A program made the position numbers and the translations under genes. 31,450 nucleotides of DNA from a virus. Its lineage: Duplodnaviria; Caudoviricetes. Positions 19,201 to 26,700 of the stretch are shown piece after piece; positions within the stretch are counted from its first letter, which is position 1, and every line of letters begins with the position of its first letter. Below the pieces are notes generated by a model, which worked only from the letters and a program-made list of their open reading frames with translations, was not told the origin of the DNA and did not search any database. Location of the stretch: positions 1 through 31,450 of the IMG/VR virus record IMGVR_UViG_3300012953_000119; one strand, given 5' to 3'.

Positions 19201-22085
19201 CTAATTGTATTTCTATTGATTCTTGGGCAGGTACTAAATTAACACCAACAGGAGCAACTTATAATCCTTTAACAGGTAATTTAGTATTAACTGTTGGTTC
19301 TGGACATGGCGTATTTGCTGGTAGTAATACTGTTGGAGTTTCTACAAACTCCTTGACATTTACTTGTGATAGAGATAATCATGCAACTGAACACACATAT
19401 CCAAGACATAGTGATCCAATACACAATAATGCATCAGTAGCAGTAGCAGCAACTACAACTGATTCAATTACAATTAACGTAGGTATGTCGCCTATTGTAT
19501 CTCGTAATATTACTAACGCAGAGTATAATCCAGAAACTGGAGAATTTATTGCAACAAGTGCTGCACATGGATTTGTTGGATGTACAACTATTACACCAAC
19601 TGCTGCTTCATATGTTAAGAATACTGGTAATTTAACTTTAACTAGAAATGGTCATGGTTTTGTTGTTGGTGATAAAATATTAATTGAAGATAATTCTTTA
19701 ACATTTACATGTGCTAGAGATAACAATCAAACAGAACATGAATATCCAAGACCTTCTGATCCAATAAGTGGAAAATGGGTTTCGATTGCAAGTACAACAC
19801 AAAATACTTTTAGGGTTAATGTAAATCCAAATCCATCAGAATTCCAGTTCACTCATACATTTGTAAGAGCTGTTAATGGTTGCGTTTACAAAGCAAATCA
19901 AACTGTTGGTTTTGGCACTGATTCTATCATAATGACTTGTGCTCATGATCAACATCAAACATTACATAATTATCCACGTAAGACTGATCCTGCACATAGT
20001 ATAGAATTACCTGTAGGTAAAGTAACTTCTAATACATTTAGAGTACAGGTTGGTAAATCTCCTGTAGGTACTGGTGGTGCATTAGATCTTACTATTAAGG
20101 AAAGAGGTGCAAGATATGTTAATCCAGTAATTATAGCTCCAGAACCCATTTATGAAGATATGCCAGTTGTTGGTATTTCTAGATTGGGTATAGGAAAGAC
20201 TGAAGATACTGGAAGCAATTTATTAATGAACATGAAAGTTGGTGCAGCAAGAACTTCAGTTGGAACTGCTAAGAGTATGTTTGAAATATCCGAATTTGCT
20301 ATTTCAAGACAAGGACATTCGTTTGCTGTTGGTGATAAGTTCAAACCCGTAGGGTTAGTTGTTGATAAGAGATTACGTGAACCTTTACAGGAATTTGAGT
20401 TAGAAGTTGTTACAACATTTAATGATTATTTCTCTTCTTGGCAATTTGGCGAATTAGACTTTATTGATAGTATTGGTTCTATGCAGAATGGTACTAGAAG
20501 AAGATTCCCATTATTCTTCAACGGTCAATTACTAAGTTTTGAAATTGATGAAGAATCTATATTAGGTGATCAAATAGATTTAAATGCCGTTCTGTTGATA
20601 TTTGTAAATGGTGTTCTACAGACTCCATTAACTTCATATCAATTTGAAGGTGGAACAACATTCTTATTCACTGAAGCACCAATGGCAAGTGATAAAGTTG
20701 ATATATTCTTCTACAAAGGTCAAGATGGTGTAGATATTGAACTTGTTAATGTAAATGAAACTATTAAAATTGGTGATGATATTATTTTACATAAGCATCC
20801 ATCATATCCTGATACTATAGACCAAGAGATTGAAAGAACTATAAAAGATATTCTTGGTTCAGATCTTGTTGAAACTACCATGTATCGTGGTGTTGGTATT
20901 AACGAGAATCAATCTAAACCTCTTGATTGGACAAAACAAAAAGAAGATAAGATTATTAAGGGTGAATTAATTTCTAAAGCAAGAGAAACTATTGAACCAC
21001 AAATATATCCAACAGCAAAAGTAATATATGATGTAACTACAACTGATGGTTCAGGACTTACTGGTGGAATATTTGTAGATGATGCTGAAGCATTCTTCTA
21101 TGAGGATAATGCTAATCCAGCTTTAGAATCTGAAGATAGGTATAATGTTGTTATTACTGCAGTTGATACGTTATTAATGTCACCTGCAACTTCATCTCCT
21201 GCAGCAATATCTGCGACTGTATCTAATGATGGTGACATCGAATCTCTAACAATCGATAATCCTGGTAGTGGTTATGTTGGTTCTACTGCTAATATAAGCA
21301 TCTCTGCTCCTATTGGAGTTGGTATTGGAACAACTGAAAAAACTAAGTATGCTGTTGTTGGAGTATCTACATTTGCAGAAGCAACTGCAACTATAACAGA
21401 CGGAAAAGTAACTGGATCTACTATTACTAATATTGGATTAGGTTATAGTAAGACCAATCCACCACAGTGTATAGTTAGACATCCACAATATGAAACTGAA
21501 AAGATTACTTCTTTTGAGAATGTTGAAGGTTATACTGGTATTATTACTGGAATAACTGGCGAAAGTAGTGGTGGTGGATTACAACTTAGATTCTTCTTCA
21601 CATCATTTAAATCAAATGCAAATAAATTATCAGTTGGATATCCAATTTTAATTAAAGATACTTCAATTTCTGTAGGATCAGGGGTTACTTCTATTGACAA
21701 TAATGATGATGAGATTGTTTCAATTGGATCCACATTCCTAGATAATATCTACAAGGTAGAATCATTCTCACAATTAAATGATAATCAAGCAGAAATTACT
21801 TGTAATGTTTTAAGCACAACTAATGGTGTTGTTGGAATAGCATCAACTGGTTTCTATGATCAAACAAATATTGGTGCAACAATTTCTCTAGGAAAAATAA
21901 CTTGGGGTAGATTATATAATGGAACTAGATCAACATCTCCAATTTCTATTGGAGTTACTGGATTGACTGTTGATTCAGGATTATCAACTTTCCCAACAAT
22001 TCAGAGAAGAAATTATGGTGGTGAAGGTGCAGAACCTGGTCTTAGAAATACTGGTTCAATTCGAGTAGTTACTGGTTTAGGATAA
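7293..22085 (+). CDS. gp7: Giant baseplate wedge initiator (gp7-like), 4930 aa
   Basis: Between gp6 and gp8; N-terminal QLPEFVRSDFP..DFLRQYY and FIKNARSFYQSKG..ESIKILLRVLFGE; internal YYQNLSYSIKS...LVHPSGLKNF; YHYH-like domain; many beta-rich repeats. Confidence 0.85.
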   Translation: MSIGIDKRIQVNTIIESQLPEFVRSDFPLAVDFLRQYYLSQEFQGGTTDLVDNLDQYLKVDNLVPEVVYGNTTSTAALNTTDQIIEVTSTKGFPDTYGLLKIDNEIITYISKTDTSFVGCIRGFSGISGYNVGISTSLDNVNKEGLVFEDTKAESHDSGATVTNLSVLFIQEFYKKLKKTFLPGLENNDFVEDLDVGNFIKNARSFYQSKGIEESIKILLRVLFGEESIVLDLEDRLIKPSTSEFIRREVIIAEPISGDPSKLVGQTVTKSTDLSTSGSVSEVEILTRKNKVYYKISLFVGFNDRDLINGIFTIPGKTKVLETSLVDDKILSVDSTVGFAESGYVLCGINSITYTSKSVNQFFGCSGITSPISTGDDVRANEVIFGYEDGDLSKRVDLRITGVLSEFKAISDISLVKKGEKIYVKNVGESIVNPISGRTYKEIFANSWIYNTSCRYQIDEIIGSTLRLGSNIDKSSLKVGDKVEILKRNSEIVEVSFAEVTSVGINKEITLSGLSSFTPTVGEYYDLRRKLNKASSNGIEILDGNLNILSDILNVYVDDEKDAYVASNSLPSYTLSSDVKVSSIGISSALPNLSEYSNLTDDFGMITFPTNDFKLITGDAVVYTSDNALEGLVSGDTYYIEKIPMQQNVGIQSVRIYQSRSLIFNSLECQRVKNQTIEASHTFTKIDEYNKKLDANKILRKFPLTQNLYVSGSEKTPINDIGMLIDGVQIRSPISDDYIYYGPVDSVDVYNSGTDYDVVNPPKIVLSDSVGGGTTALVEPVISGSVKQVIVDPHDFDIEEVKSLSLSGGNGSGCLLEPIIGIRFRELEFDSRDIFFSGGLSIDDETISFKTPHFLFPGETIYYNSNGNPPLGIGPYKAASNIATGRLATGAPYNVRIINSRTIQLHNSKDEALVGINTIGISTATNAAGIHKFRTVSKKKLQSVKVINSGSDYQYRKLHVKPSDVSTSYSKIIFKGHGFADGDFIEYTTSGTVIGGLNGVNYYILKIDDNSFRLADSKENYDRRNYVELTNEGVGLQTFKYPDIKVDCQVSYGSTVTGTFNFTPIVTGGIIDTYLYENGSKYGSIVLNHQRNPEVTIKNGVNGVVKASVVDGKIVDVHVLNRGYDYNSPPEIKVETTGITTTGVIGNGAILKPVVTDGRLTDVEVINSGIGYTSNQLTLSVIPRGRNALFEPRIRKLTIDNRHRQGNSVLTPDGDDNLNFAVHGYTPEISNQFNDNGTKHSPIIGWAFDGNPIYGPYGYTDPSRLGPTVGILTSGYKLSKDKVIDRPTVSEFEESGYFIDDWQYDPDNGNLDEHNGRFCKTDEFPNGVYAYFASVKPSTQSNTLEPSFPYFIGKKYRSPFISSNTTLSQEFDFNNSNLLRNTFPYKVGDALADNDFIVESNEYLRQLTTVESVTTGIIDDLEVLDGGIGYKVGDYTNFNDENTGGTGLRGQVKSLVGIGVSSIETQLDKFENAVFTWKNNKEVIATYLPFIELNDGDTVSISGLSSSIPHLTNAFNIGIHTESCGLAQSMTANAIVQGRVDDLYVDIIPKTISIGSSIRVNNDEIVKVLNVFDIGSIVRVKRFGVGAAHTYGSKLDVLNSQISIPVHTERFESSLDESVYFNSRQSVGVGTTAGGGITVDYVVGETTTEIPIPTRTIYIPNHPFKTGQELTFTKRGTASSLVVGNSDQPTNLFNIPDVTDDVSTVYAINKGQNYIGLVTERTSIGSTSEGLFFHGNGSDDFEYNLKTNHKQITGDIDKIISTVVTKIGAANTETHGLSNGDIVNLTVVPNAVVGFGSTSPLGLYFNEDNQKLLINTVGFSSAGINTETGVITVNDHGYKTGDKVFYDVTSFGNPDTTEGLEEPCYYVYELSKSTFRLGETLKDVENTSPRLIGINSTGGRDHHLSLVNPQIKAIKNSGVTFNVSDPSLDGYDLKFFYDREFKNEFISAQDSSIFNRTGVGTVGVGTTSTISVSFTKTTPTSLYYGLEKGGYISTADPLVRNYSEIKFVDSVYSGDYKIFDITPDTFKISPTRIPEILSYKEDQCEKIEYSTESKTVTGAIKNLKVISRGFDYRSIPKFTEVVSDNGKNANIVAISTSIGRIADVRIVDIGYEYPSDKTLSPEAFVSPVIRIDNVDTIKSITVIDGGKEYLSAPDILVYDPESDKIVDETSAYSTVPNQSISSINIIAPIQGLNSVNHRIIAVNNSNGIGINSMAGSWSGIVTCTLETPITGFITPPFANGDEVFVEGVDLFGASGIGTQGNVSSSGIDTTGTGYNSKDYQFKFFKVENFTNSNPAVLEYSLAGLTTNPGIAKTFQSGYANIINKSNYPVFEVFQERGTFTINETLYIEENGQFVEKDLKVVESREDFIKIDGKYDIQVGDRLKGANSNVSATVTDIIGNKAKFKVDYSNRQDIGWVDNIGKLNEDFQVLPNNDYYQNLSYSIKSPVTWDKLVDPINRLVHPSGLKNFADVGITSSINVGIGTTIQATPVIVVDLLGDKRVDTINNFDLARDFDARPENDPTKSKFVTFDNLKLTDFTKCKSNRVLIHDDISGKFSSKGFQDLFTEIEEIDNNFTKYLIQIVDADTQDVQFSELSVLTTTSDAFLVKKSSDYSNMKLGDFTATADLFGRKTLVFTPTEKFDRDHDIKILKTEFVSNAIVEGTKSIGSIDITGTNLKVAIAQTDSNNNISGFTTTTIASFPETDFNGFVADVVVQNDITKILNYGEVTVDFDGTNIYYAETYVDSLNSSYSASRVGVLTARYDSGMIYLECENQTKQLINVSANIVGLGTTTAGISTYRYSVPGQPGGAERSARLESMYETGTSSPILVTRIDKRIDSSVKSIVRVCNEMQESAIHQVVVLQDEGDVTTIQYPFIGSSNTGIGTFGSVTDGDWVDINFYPDTSQTSLIEVQSYNTVFNTLNDFVNTPYPLEIGPTSKEIFLSSYDGVNGDRANKVNFELEHEGIPIYRKIFNPADTNQIEYHSGLFTIYDHFFNDNEELDYAPGSSFVGVGATPVSIGSTTNHAGIVTDLFPDKVFVKVVDENKFKLYSRKEYIDVGVAITFTGVGEGNAHELEMTKKLSKTVIGLDGIVQQPVTYTTIEHTLDGAIGTGTSQFVLSGISSVQPRDVLLVENEYMKVEQVGFSSLPEGTINDSTDVALGISTLPVVKVRRGSLGIGATPHSDGIAARVHRGSFNIVDSTVWFLDPPKGNTRERRDETNLPYVKAEFSGRTFLRSNYDTNMVFDDISDAFTGIGKTYTMTVGGANTETGVGIGNGILFINGVFQTPLTLNNAGNNYEIESDATAGISSVIFTGITSENGTPMQSEFDINQNQLPRGGLIVSMGSTPGLGYAPLVGATVKAEITDNSNLFAAGSISDLVGIGTSSKYSLGIQTAAYDNKTGIITVTTNDIHGYALNYPKTVHLKDLEFKCPTKDVGTPVTGGTGYDPSTGELTIKIANHGLQSGDAIKFKKESLVFSCTFGSGGSKSYPRETDPAFDKYLYIDTVTPDTFKVNVLLGTTPTNTDPHTFVSATANAVQTLNYVGITTSIFQDHERALPVVGIVSDRTFEVQVGMTTIPHTYHGGGYAYEFFNDLTFGSGYRNPVSIGVTDIEFEHKFVSSGANSIVANTTTNFTPTNVDYISSTGELILTLGNNHGLSQATLHDVNGASYSPGTGTLTITSGVLINGHGFQNGDWIKLKDHSLTFTCAMDGNTSQKTYPRPSDPISGKWVQISNITQFTFDIACGASPGISFTPSDAKYDPVTGLMELTIGSHALVPGTSVKLATESIKFTCDVDNNQTEKSYPRATDPYNDTAIKIESVTDTTITVKVLSTVPSTNITRHTFTQALTNAVTTGGNYVHNFITGLDVAKDSLLRTSDTVKIRTGSLNFTCSRDNHNSVHPYPRATDPAANVTLGIDNITTNTITVNVGSGGGGGTGAIIEAEPGINKHKFVSAVVGAAYTGGNYIHIFTPGSENTNCISIDSWAGTKLTPTGATYNPLTGNLVLTVGSGHGVFAGSNTVGVSTNSLTFTCDRDNHATEHTYPRHSDPIHNNASVAVAATTTDSITINVGMSPIVSRNITNAEYNPETGEFIATSAAHGFVGCTTITPTAASYVKNTGNLTLTRNGHGFVVGDKILIEDNSLTFTCARDNNQTEHEYPRPSDPISGKWVSIASTTQNTFRVNVNPNPSEFQFTHTFVRAVNGCVYKANQTVGFGTDSIIMTCAHDQHQTLHNYPRKTDPAHSIELPVGKVTSNTFRVQVGKSPVGTGGALDLTIKERGARYVNPVIIAPEPIYEDMPVVGISRLGIGKTEDTGSNLLMNMKVGAARTSVGTAKSMFEISEFAISRQGHSFAVGDKFKPVGLVVDKRLREPLQEFELEVVTTFNDYFSSWQFGELDFIDSIGSMQNGTRRRFPLFFNGQLLSFEIDEESILGDQIDLNAVLLIFVNGVLQTPLTSYQFEGGTTFLFTEAPMASDKVDIFFYKGQDGVDIELVNVNETIKIGDDIILHKHPSYPDTIDQEIERTIKDILGSDLVETTMYRGVGINENQSKPLDWTKQKEDKIIKGELISKARETIEPQIYPTAKVIYDVTTTDGSGLTGGIFVDDAEAFFYEDNANPALESEDRYNVVITAVDTLLMSPATSSPAAISATVSNDGDIESLTIDNPGSGYVGSTANISISAPIGVGIGTTEKTKYAVVGVSTFAEATATITDGKVTGSTITNIGLGYSKTNPPQCIVRHPQYETEKITSFENVEGYTGIITGITGESSGGGLQLRFFFTSFKSNANKLSVGYPILIKDTSISVGSGVTSIDNNDDEIVSIGSTFLDNIYKVESFSQLNDNQAEITCNVLSTTNGVVGIASTGFYDQTNIGATISLGKITWGRLYNGTRSTSPISIGVTGLTVDSGLSTFPTIQRRNYGGEGAEPGLRNTGSIRVVTGLG
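17440..20080 (+). repeat. Intragenic ~100-aa repeat family (YxPxTG...HG...FTC..D....YPRxxDP...HxF), 7 clear + 1 degenerate copy
   Basis: YPRxxDP motifs start at 17742, 18429, 18684, 18978, 19398, 19743 and 19971. Confidence 0.9.
18429..19780 (+). repeat. Exact 38-bp direct repeat at 18429-18466 and 19743-19780
   Basis: TATCCAAGACCTTCTGATCCAATAAGTGGAAAATGGGT occurs twice, 1314 bp (438 codons) apart. Confidence 0.9.
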
Positions 22086-22101
22086 ACAGTGTAATTATGT
22101 C

Positions 22102-22109
22102 TATAAATA
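22102..22109 (+). promoter_or_regulatory. T4-type late promoter
   Basis: TATAAATA in the gp7-gp8 intergenic gap. Confidence 0.88.
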
Positions 22110-22134
22110 GAGAAAAAAAGTTTAATTAATAATC

Positions 22135-23739
22135 ATGCCAGCAATTGTTACTGATCAGTTTAGGATTTTAAACGCAAATAATTTTGTTGAATCAGTAGAA
22201 TCAACTGAAAATTCATATTATGTGTTCATAGGATTACCAAATCCAGAAGGAACACCCTCTCCAGAAGTCAGAGTTGGCTATGGCAGAAGTAGTGATTGGA
22301 ATAAAACTCAAAAAACACCTAAACCTATAGATAGTTTTTCTAGTATTGCTCATACTGGTGATACTATGATGTATGGTAAGAGAATTTCTTCGGCAAATAT
22401 AAGAAGAATTATTAGGAGAATTGATTGGGCTGCTGGTAAGAGATATGAAATGTATCGTGATGATTACTCAACTGAGGAAGGATCTCAAAGTCCTATAACA
22501 TCATCTAGTAGATTATATAATGCAAGTTATTATGTAATGAATTCGGATTACAAAGTTTATCTGTGCATATCAAATGGATCTACTGGTAATAATCCAAAAG
22601 GTAATATATCTCAAGATGAACCAACATTTACTGATTTAGAACCATCTAGAGCTGGTACTAGTGGTGATGGATATATTTGGAAGTATCTTTATACAGTTTC
22701 TCCTTCAGATATACTAAAATTTGATTCAACAGAATATATTACAGTTCCTAATAATTGGTCAAATAGTACTGATGCTCAAATTAAAGCAATTCGTGAGAAT
22801 GGTGATTCTACTTTAAATAATAATCAAATTAAGCATATTCAAATTGAAGATGCTGGTGGAAAATACTCTGATGGATTAGGTCAAGAAATTGATATAATTG
22901 GAGATGGTACTGGAGGAAAGGCTAGGGTTGATGTTGTTGGTGGTATAATCCAAGATGTTCAGGTTAGTTCTGGTGGATCTGGATACACTTATGGGATGGT
23001 TGATTTAGGTGTATTGCAAGATGCAGCACATCCTTCTAACCAAAGAGCAAAATTAGTACCAATTATTCCACCTTCTTTAGGGCATGGACATGATTTATAT
23101 AAAGAATTGGGTACTGATAGGGTTCTAATTTATGCAAGATTTGATGATTCTACTAAAGATTTTCCATCAGATACAAAATTTGCACAAGTTGGTATAGTTA
23201 AGAATCCAACTAAAGTTGGAACAGCAGAAACTTATACTCAACCTACATATTCTTCATTAAAAGCTTTTATATTTGAATCAGTTTCTAATGTTGAGCCAGT
23301 TGTAGGTGAGCGTATAACGCAAACTTTAACTTCTGGTCAAATTGCACAAGGTTATGTTGCTTCTTATGATAAAGATACAAAAGTTCTGAAATATTTTGTA
23401 GATAGATCTTTAAACTTCTCTACTCCACTTAACAATCAGACTGATTATACTGGTATTTCAACAACTGGTAGAATTTATCCATTTGAATCTATATCTGGAG
23501 CAGGTGCAGTAAAAGGAGATAGTTCTAGTTTTAGTGCATCTATTAATAGTAACTTTACTGGAATAACAACAAACCCGACTGGTACTAAATTAATTGATTT
23601 AGGTATTACATTTACAAATGGGTTAGCTGATAATGAGATAAATAAAGGATCAGGGGAAGTTGTTTACCTTGACAATAGACCTCTGATTGCTCGAAATGAG
23701 CGACAAAAAGAAGACGTCAAAATCATCCTGGAATTCTAA
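22135..23739 (+). CDS. gp8: Baseplate wedge subunit gp8
   Basis: YYVMNSDYKVYLCISN, DGYIWKYLYTV, and C-terminal SGEVVYLDNRPLIARNERQKEDVKIILEF. Confidence 0.93.
   Translation: MPAIVTDQFRILNANNFVESVESTENSYYVFIGLPNPEGTPSPEVRVGYGRSSDWNKTQKTPKPIDSFSSIAHTGDTMMYGKRISSANIRRIIRRIDWAAGKRYEMYRDDYSTEEGSQSPITSSSRLYNASYYVMNSDYKVYLCISNGSTGNNPKGNISQDEPTFTDLEPSRAGTSGDGYIWKYLYTVSPSDILKFDSTEYITVPNNWSNSTDAQIKAIRENGDSTLNNNQIKHIQIEDAGGKYSDGLGQEIDIIGDGTGGKARVDVVGGIIQDVQVSSGGSGYTYGMVDLGVLQDAAHPSNQRAKLVPIIPPSLGHGHDLYKELGTDRVLIYARFDDSTKDFPSDTKFAQVGIVKNPTKVGTAETYTQPTYSSLKAFIFESVSNVEPVVGERITQTLTSGQIAQGYVASYDKDTKVLKYFVDRSLNFSTPLNNQTDYTGISTTGRIYPFESISGAGAVKGDSSSFSASINSNFTGITTNPTGTKLIDLGITFTNGLADNEINKGSGEVVYLDNRPLIARNERQKEDVKIILEF
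23637..23644 (+). promoter_or_regulatory. Putative late promoter embedded in the gp8 3' end
   Basis: GATAAATA about 101 nt upstream of the VrlC-like start. Confidence 0.45.
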
Positions 23740-23745
23740 AGAAAA

Positions 23746-26700
23746 ATGCCACAAAAGACAAACTTAAATATAAGTCCTTATTATGATGATTTTGATAAGG
23801 CAGACAATTTTTATAAGGTTCTGTTTAAACCTGGATTTCCAGTTCAAGCAAGAGAATTAACTACTCTTCAATCAATACTTCAAAATCAAGTAGAATCTTT
23901 TGGAAGCCATATATTCAAAGAAGGATCTATGGTTATTCCTGGTGGAGTAACTTATGATAGTACATATTTTTCAGTAAAAGTAAATCCAGATCATTTAGGA
24001 GTAGATGTTACTGTATATCTTGATGCTTTAATAAACAATAATAATGGTAAAGGAACCAGAGTTGTAGGTCAAAATTCACAAATAGTCGGAACAATTAAGA
24101 ATTATATCTTACCTCCAAATGAAGGTGTTGAAGATATTACTATTTTCTTAAAATATAATGAGTCAGGAGTAGATTCATCAAGTGAGATGTTCCCTCATGA
24201 GGAAATATTAACTCTTAAGGAAAATGTTACTTATGGAAATACTACAATAAATTCTGGAGAAACAATCTTAACGGTATTATCTGAAGATCCATCTCATATA
24301 GGATCTGCCGTTGGCGTTGATGCTGGAATATATTTCATAAGAGGAACCTTTGTTGATGTTCCAAAATCTCTTATAATATTAGAACCATATTCAAATAAAC
24401 CTTCTTATAGAGTAGGACTTGAAATAGTAGAAACTATTATTAATGCTAATGATGATCCATCACTAAATGATAATGCTAAAGGATTTACAAATTATGCAGC
24501 TCCAGGTGCTGATAGGTTTAAAATATCTACAAAATTAGCAAAGAAAGCACTATTAGATTTTGAAGATACTAATTTTGTAGAATTAGTTCGTGTTAGAGAT
24601 GGTGAAATTAAGAAATTACAAAAGACAACACAATATTCATTAATTAGAGATTATCTTGCTACAAGAACTTTTGATGAGTCTGGAAATTATGGAGTAAAAC
24701 CATTTAGAGTTAATATACAAAATTCTTTGAATGATGAAATTAGAACTAATGGTTTATATCTAGAAGATCAAAAAACAGATGAAGGTAGGGATCCTAATGA
24801 TGATTTAATGTGTGTTAAATTATCATCTGGAAGAGCATATGTTAGAGGATATGATGTTGATGTTTGGAATAAAGTTATAGACATAGAAAAACCAAGAGAT
24901 ACGAAAACAATTAAATCTTCATCTGTTCCTTTCAGAATGGGTAGTTTATTAAAGGTTAATAACGCAGAAGGAACTCCTTGGATTAATGTTGGTGGTGGTA
25001 CTGCTAATGTTATTGGTCTTTATAACCGTAGAAAAGGTACTGGTAATGTAGATCCATCAGGTAATGGTCCTACTGGTAGTAATGCTATAAAAATTGGTGA
25101 TGCTCGTGTATATTCCTTCAGTCTGTCTGATGCTCCATTTTCTGGAGATGTTACTGAATGGGATCTTCATCTATATGATATTCAGACATATACGATATTA
25201 CAAATATCCAATCCAGGTGCAAATATTGTAACTACAGTACCACTTTCTAGTCGTGTTAGAGGTCTTAGTAGCGGTGCAGTAGGATATGTTGTAAATCATA
25301 CAGGAAATCCTAATGAGATTAGTTTATCTCAAACAACAGGAAGTTTTATTCAGGGTGAAAAGTTAATCTTTAATGAAAAAGTAGGTACTTCAAATTCTTC
25401 TGTATTAAAAGCTCTTATCTATACTACCGAAGATATTAAATCTGTTTGGCAAGATTCTGATACTTTAAACAGTTCTTTGGTTTCTGATTTTAGTGCAGAT
25501 TCTGTTTTATATGACAGAATATTACCTAATTTTTCTTCTTTTGATAGTTTAACAGTTACTGGTGCTAATAATGGTAATAGTGCTGCTGCAAGAAGTCCAC
25601 GTAGAAGATTTGTTGGAAAAGTTGGTATTAAGACAGATTCTGTTGTAGGGTATTCTACAGATCTTGGAGATCAAACTTATAATAGAGTTGTTTCTATATC
25701 AGCAGATGGATCTCAGATGGCATTAGCACCTGTTGAAACTATATCAGATGTTAATAATGGTAGAATTCTTGCTGGTGTAACAACTTCTAATATTTTTAGG
25801 GTTAAATCACCTAAGATTATTAACTTAAACAATTCTGGATTATATGCAAAAATGCCAAAGAAAAATGTTTCTGCGGTAGATCTTTCAGATGCTAATTTAG
25901 TTATTAAGCGTCAAGTAACAGGAAAAACTCCATCTTCTGGAACATTATCTCTTAGTACTTCTGACGCATTAGATGTTGGTATTACAAGTGCATTCTTTGA
26001 ACCATATGATGCTGAAAAATATTCTATTCATTATGATAATGGTAGTATTGAACCATTAACATACGATCAGGTTACAGTAACAAATAATGGTAATGATATA
26101 ACATTTAGAGGTTTATCTTTAAATAATCCATGTACTGTAGAAGTAACATTAAAGAAAGTAGGATTACTTACTAGATCAAAAGATTATATTAGAAGTCAAC
26201 AACTGGAAATTACTAGAACAGTTGGTGTGTCCACTAATAGTGCATTAACTAAGAGTGATTGGTATGGCGTTAGGGTAGAGGATTCTGAAATTAGTTTGAA
26301 TGTTCCTGATGTGGTTAAAATTCATGCAATTTATGAATCAAAAAATAATGTTACTGCAACTTTAGATAGATTGACATTTGTTTCTGGTCTTGCATTGGAC
26401 ACTAATACAATTATTGGAGAGAAAATAGTAGGTAAATCAAGTAGAGCAATTGGTCAAATTGTTAACAGAGTATCTGCTACAGAAATAGAGTTTGTATATT
26501 TAAATGATAACACATTCTCTAAAGGAGAAACTGTTAACTTTAAAGAATCTAATATTGAAACTAATTTACAAAAAATAACAATAGGTAATTACACAAATAA
26601 GACAACAAATTATACTTTAGATAAAGGACATAAAAAACAATATTCTGATTATTCAAAACTAGTAAGAAATAATAGTAGTTCTATACCTTCAAATAGATTA

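Noticed and set aside
17440-20080. Repeats as a diversity-generating retroelement TR/VR pair
   Set aside because: Differences are not adenine-specific, all copies are in-frame coding, and there is no reverse transcriptase in the window.
7293-22085. Intein or intron explaining the 4930-aa length
   Set aside because: I noticed no intein splice-junction or LAGLIDADG/HNH motifs and the frame is uninterrupted; repeats and inserted domains account for the size.
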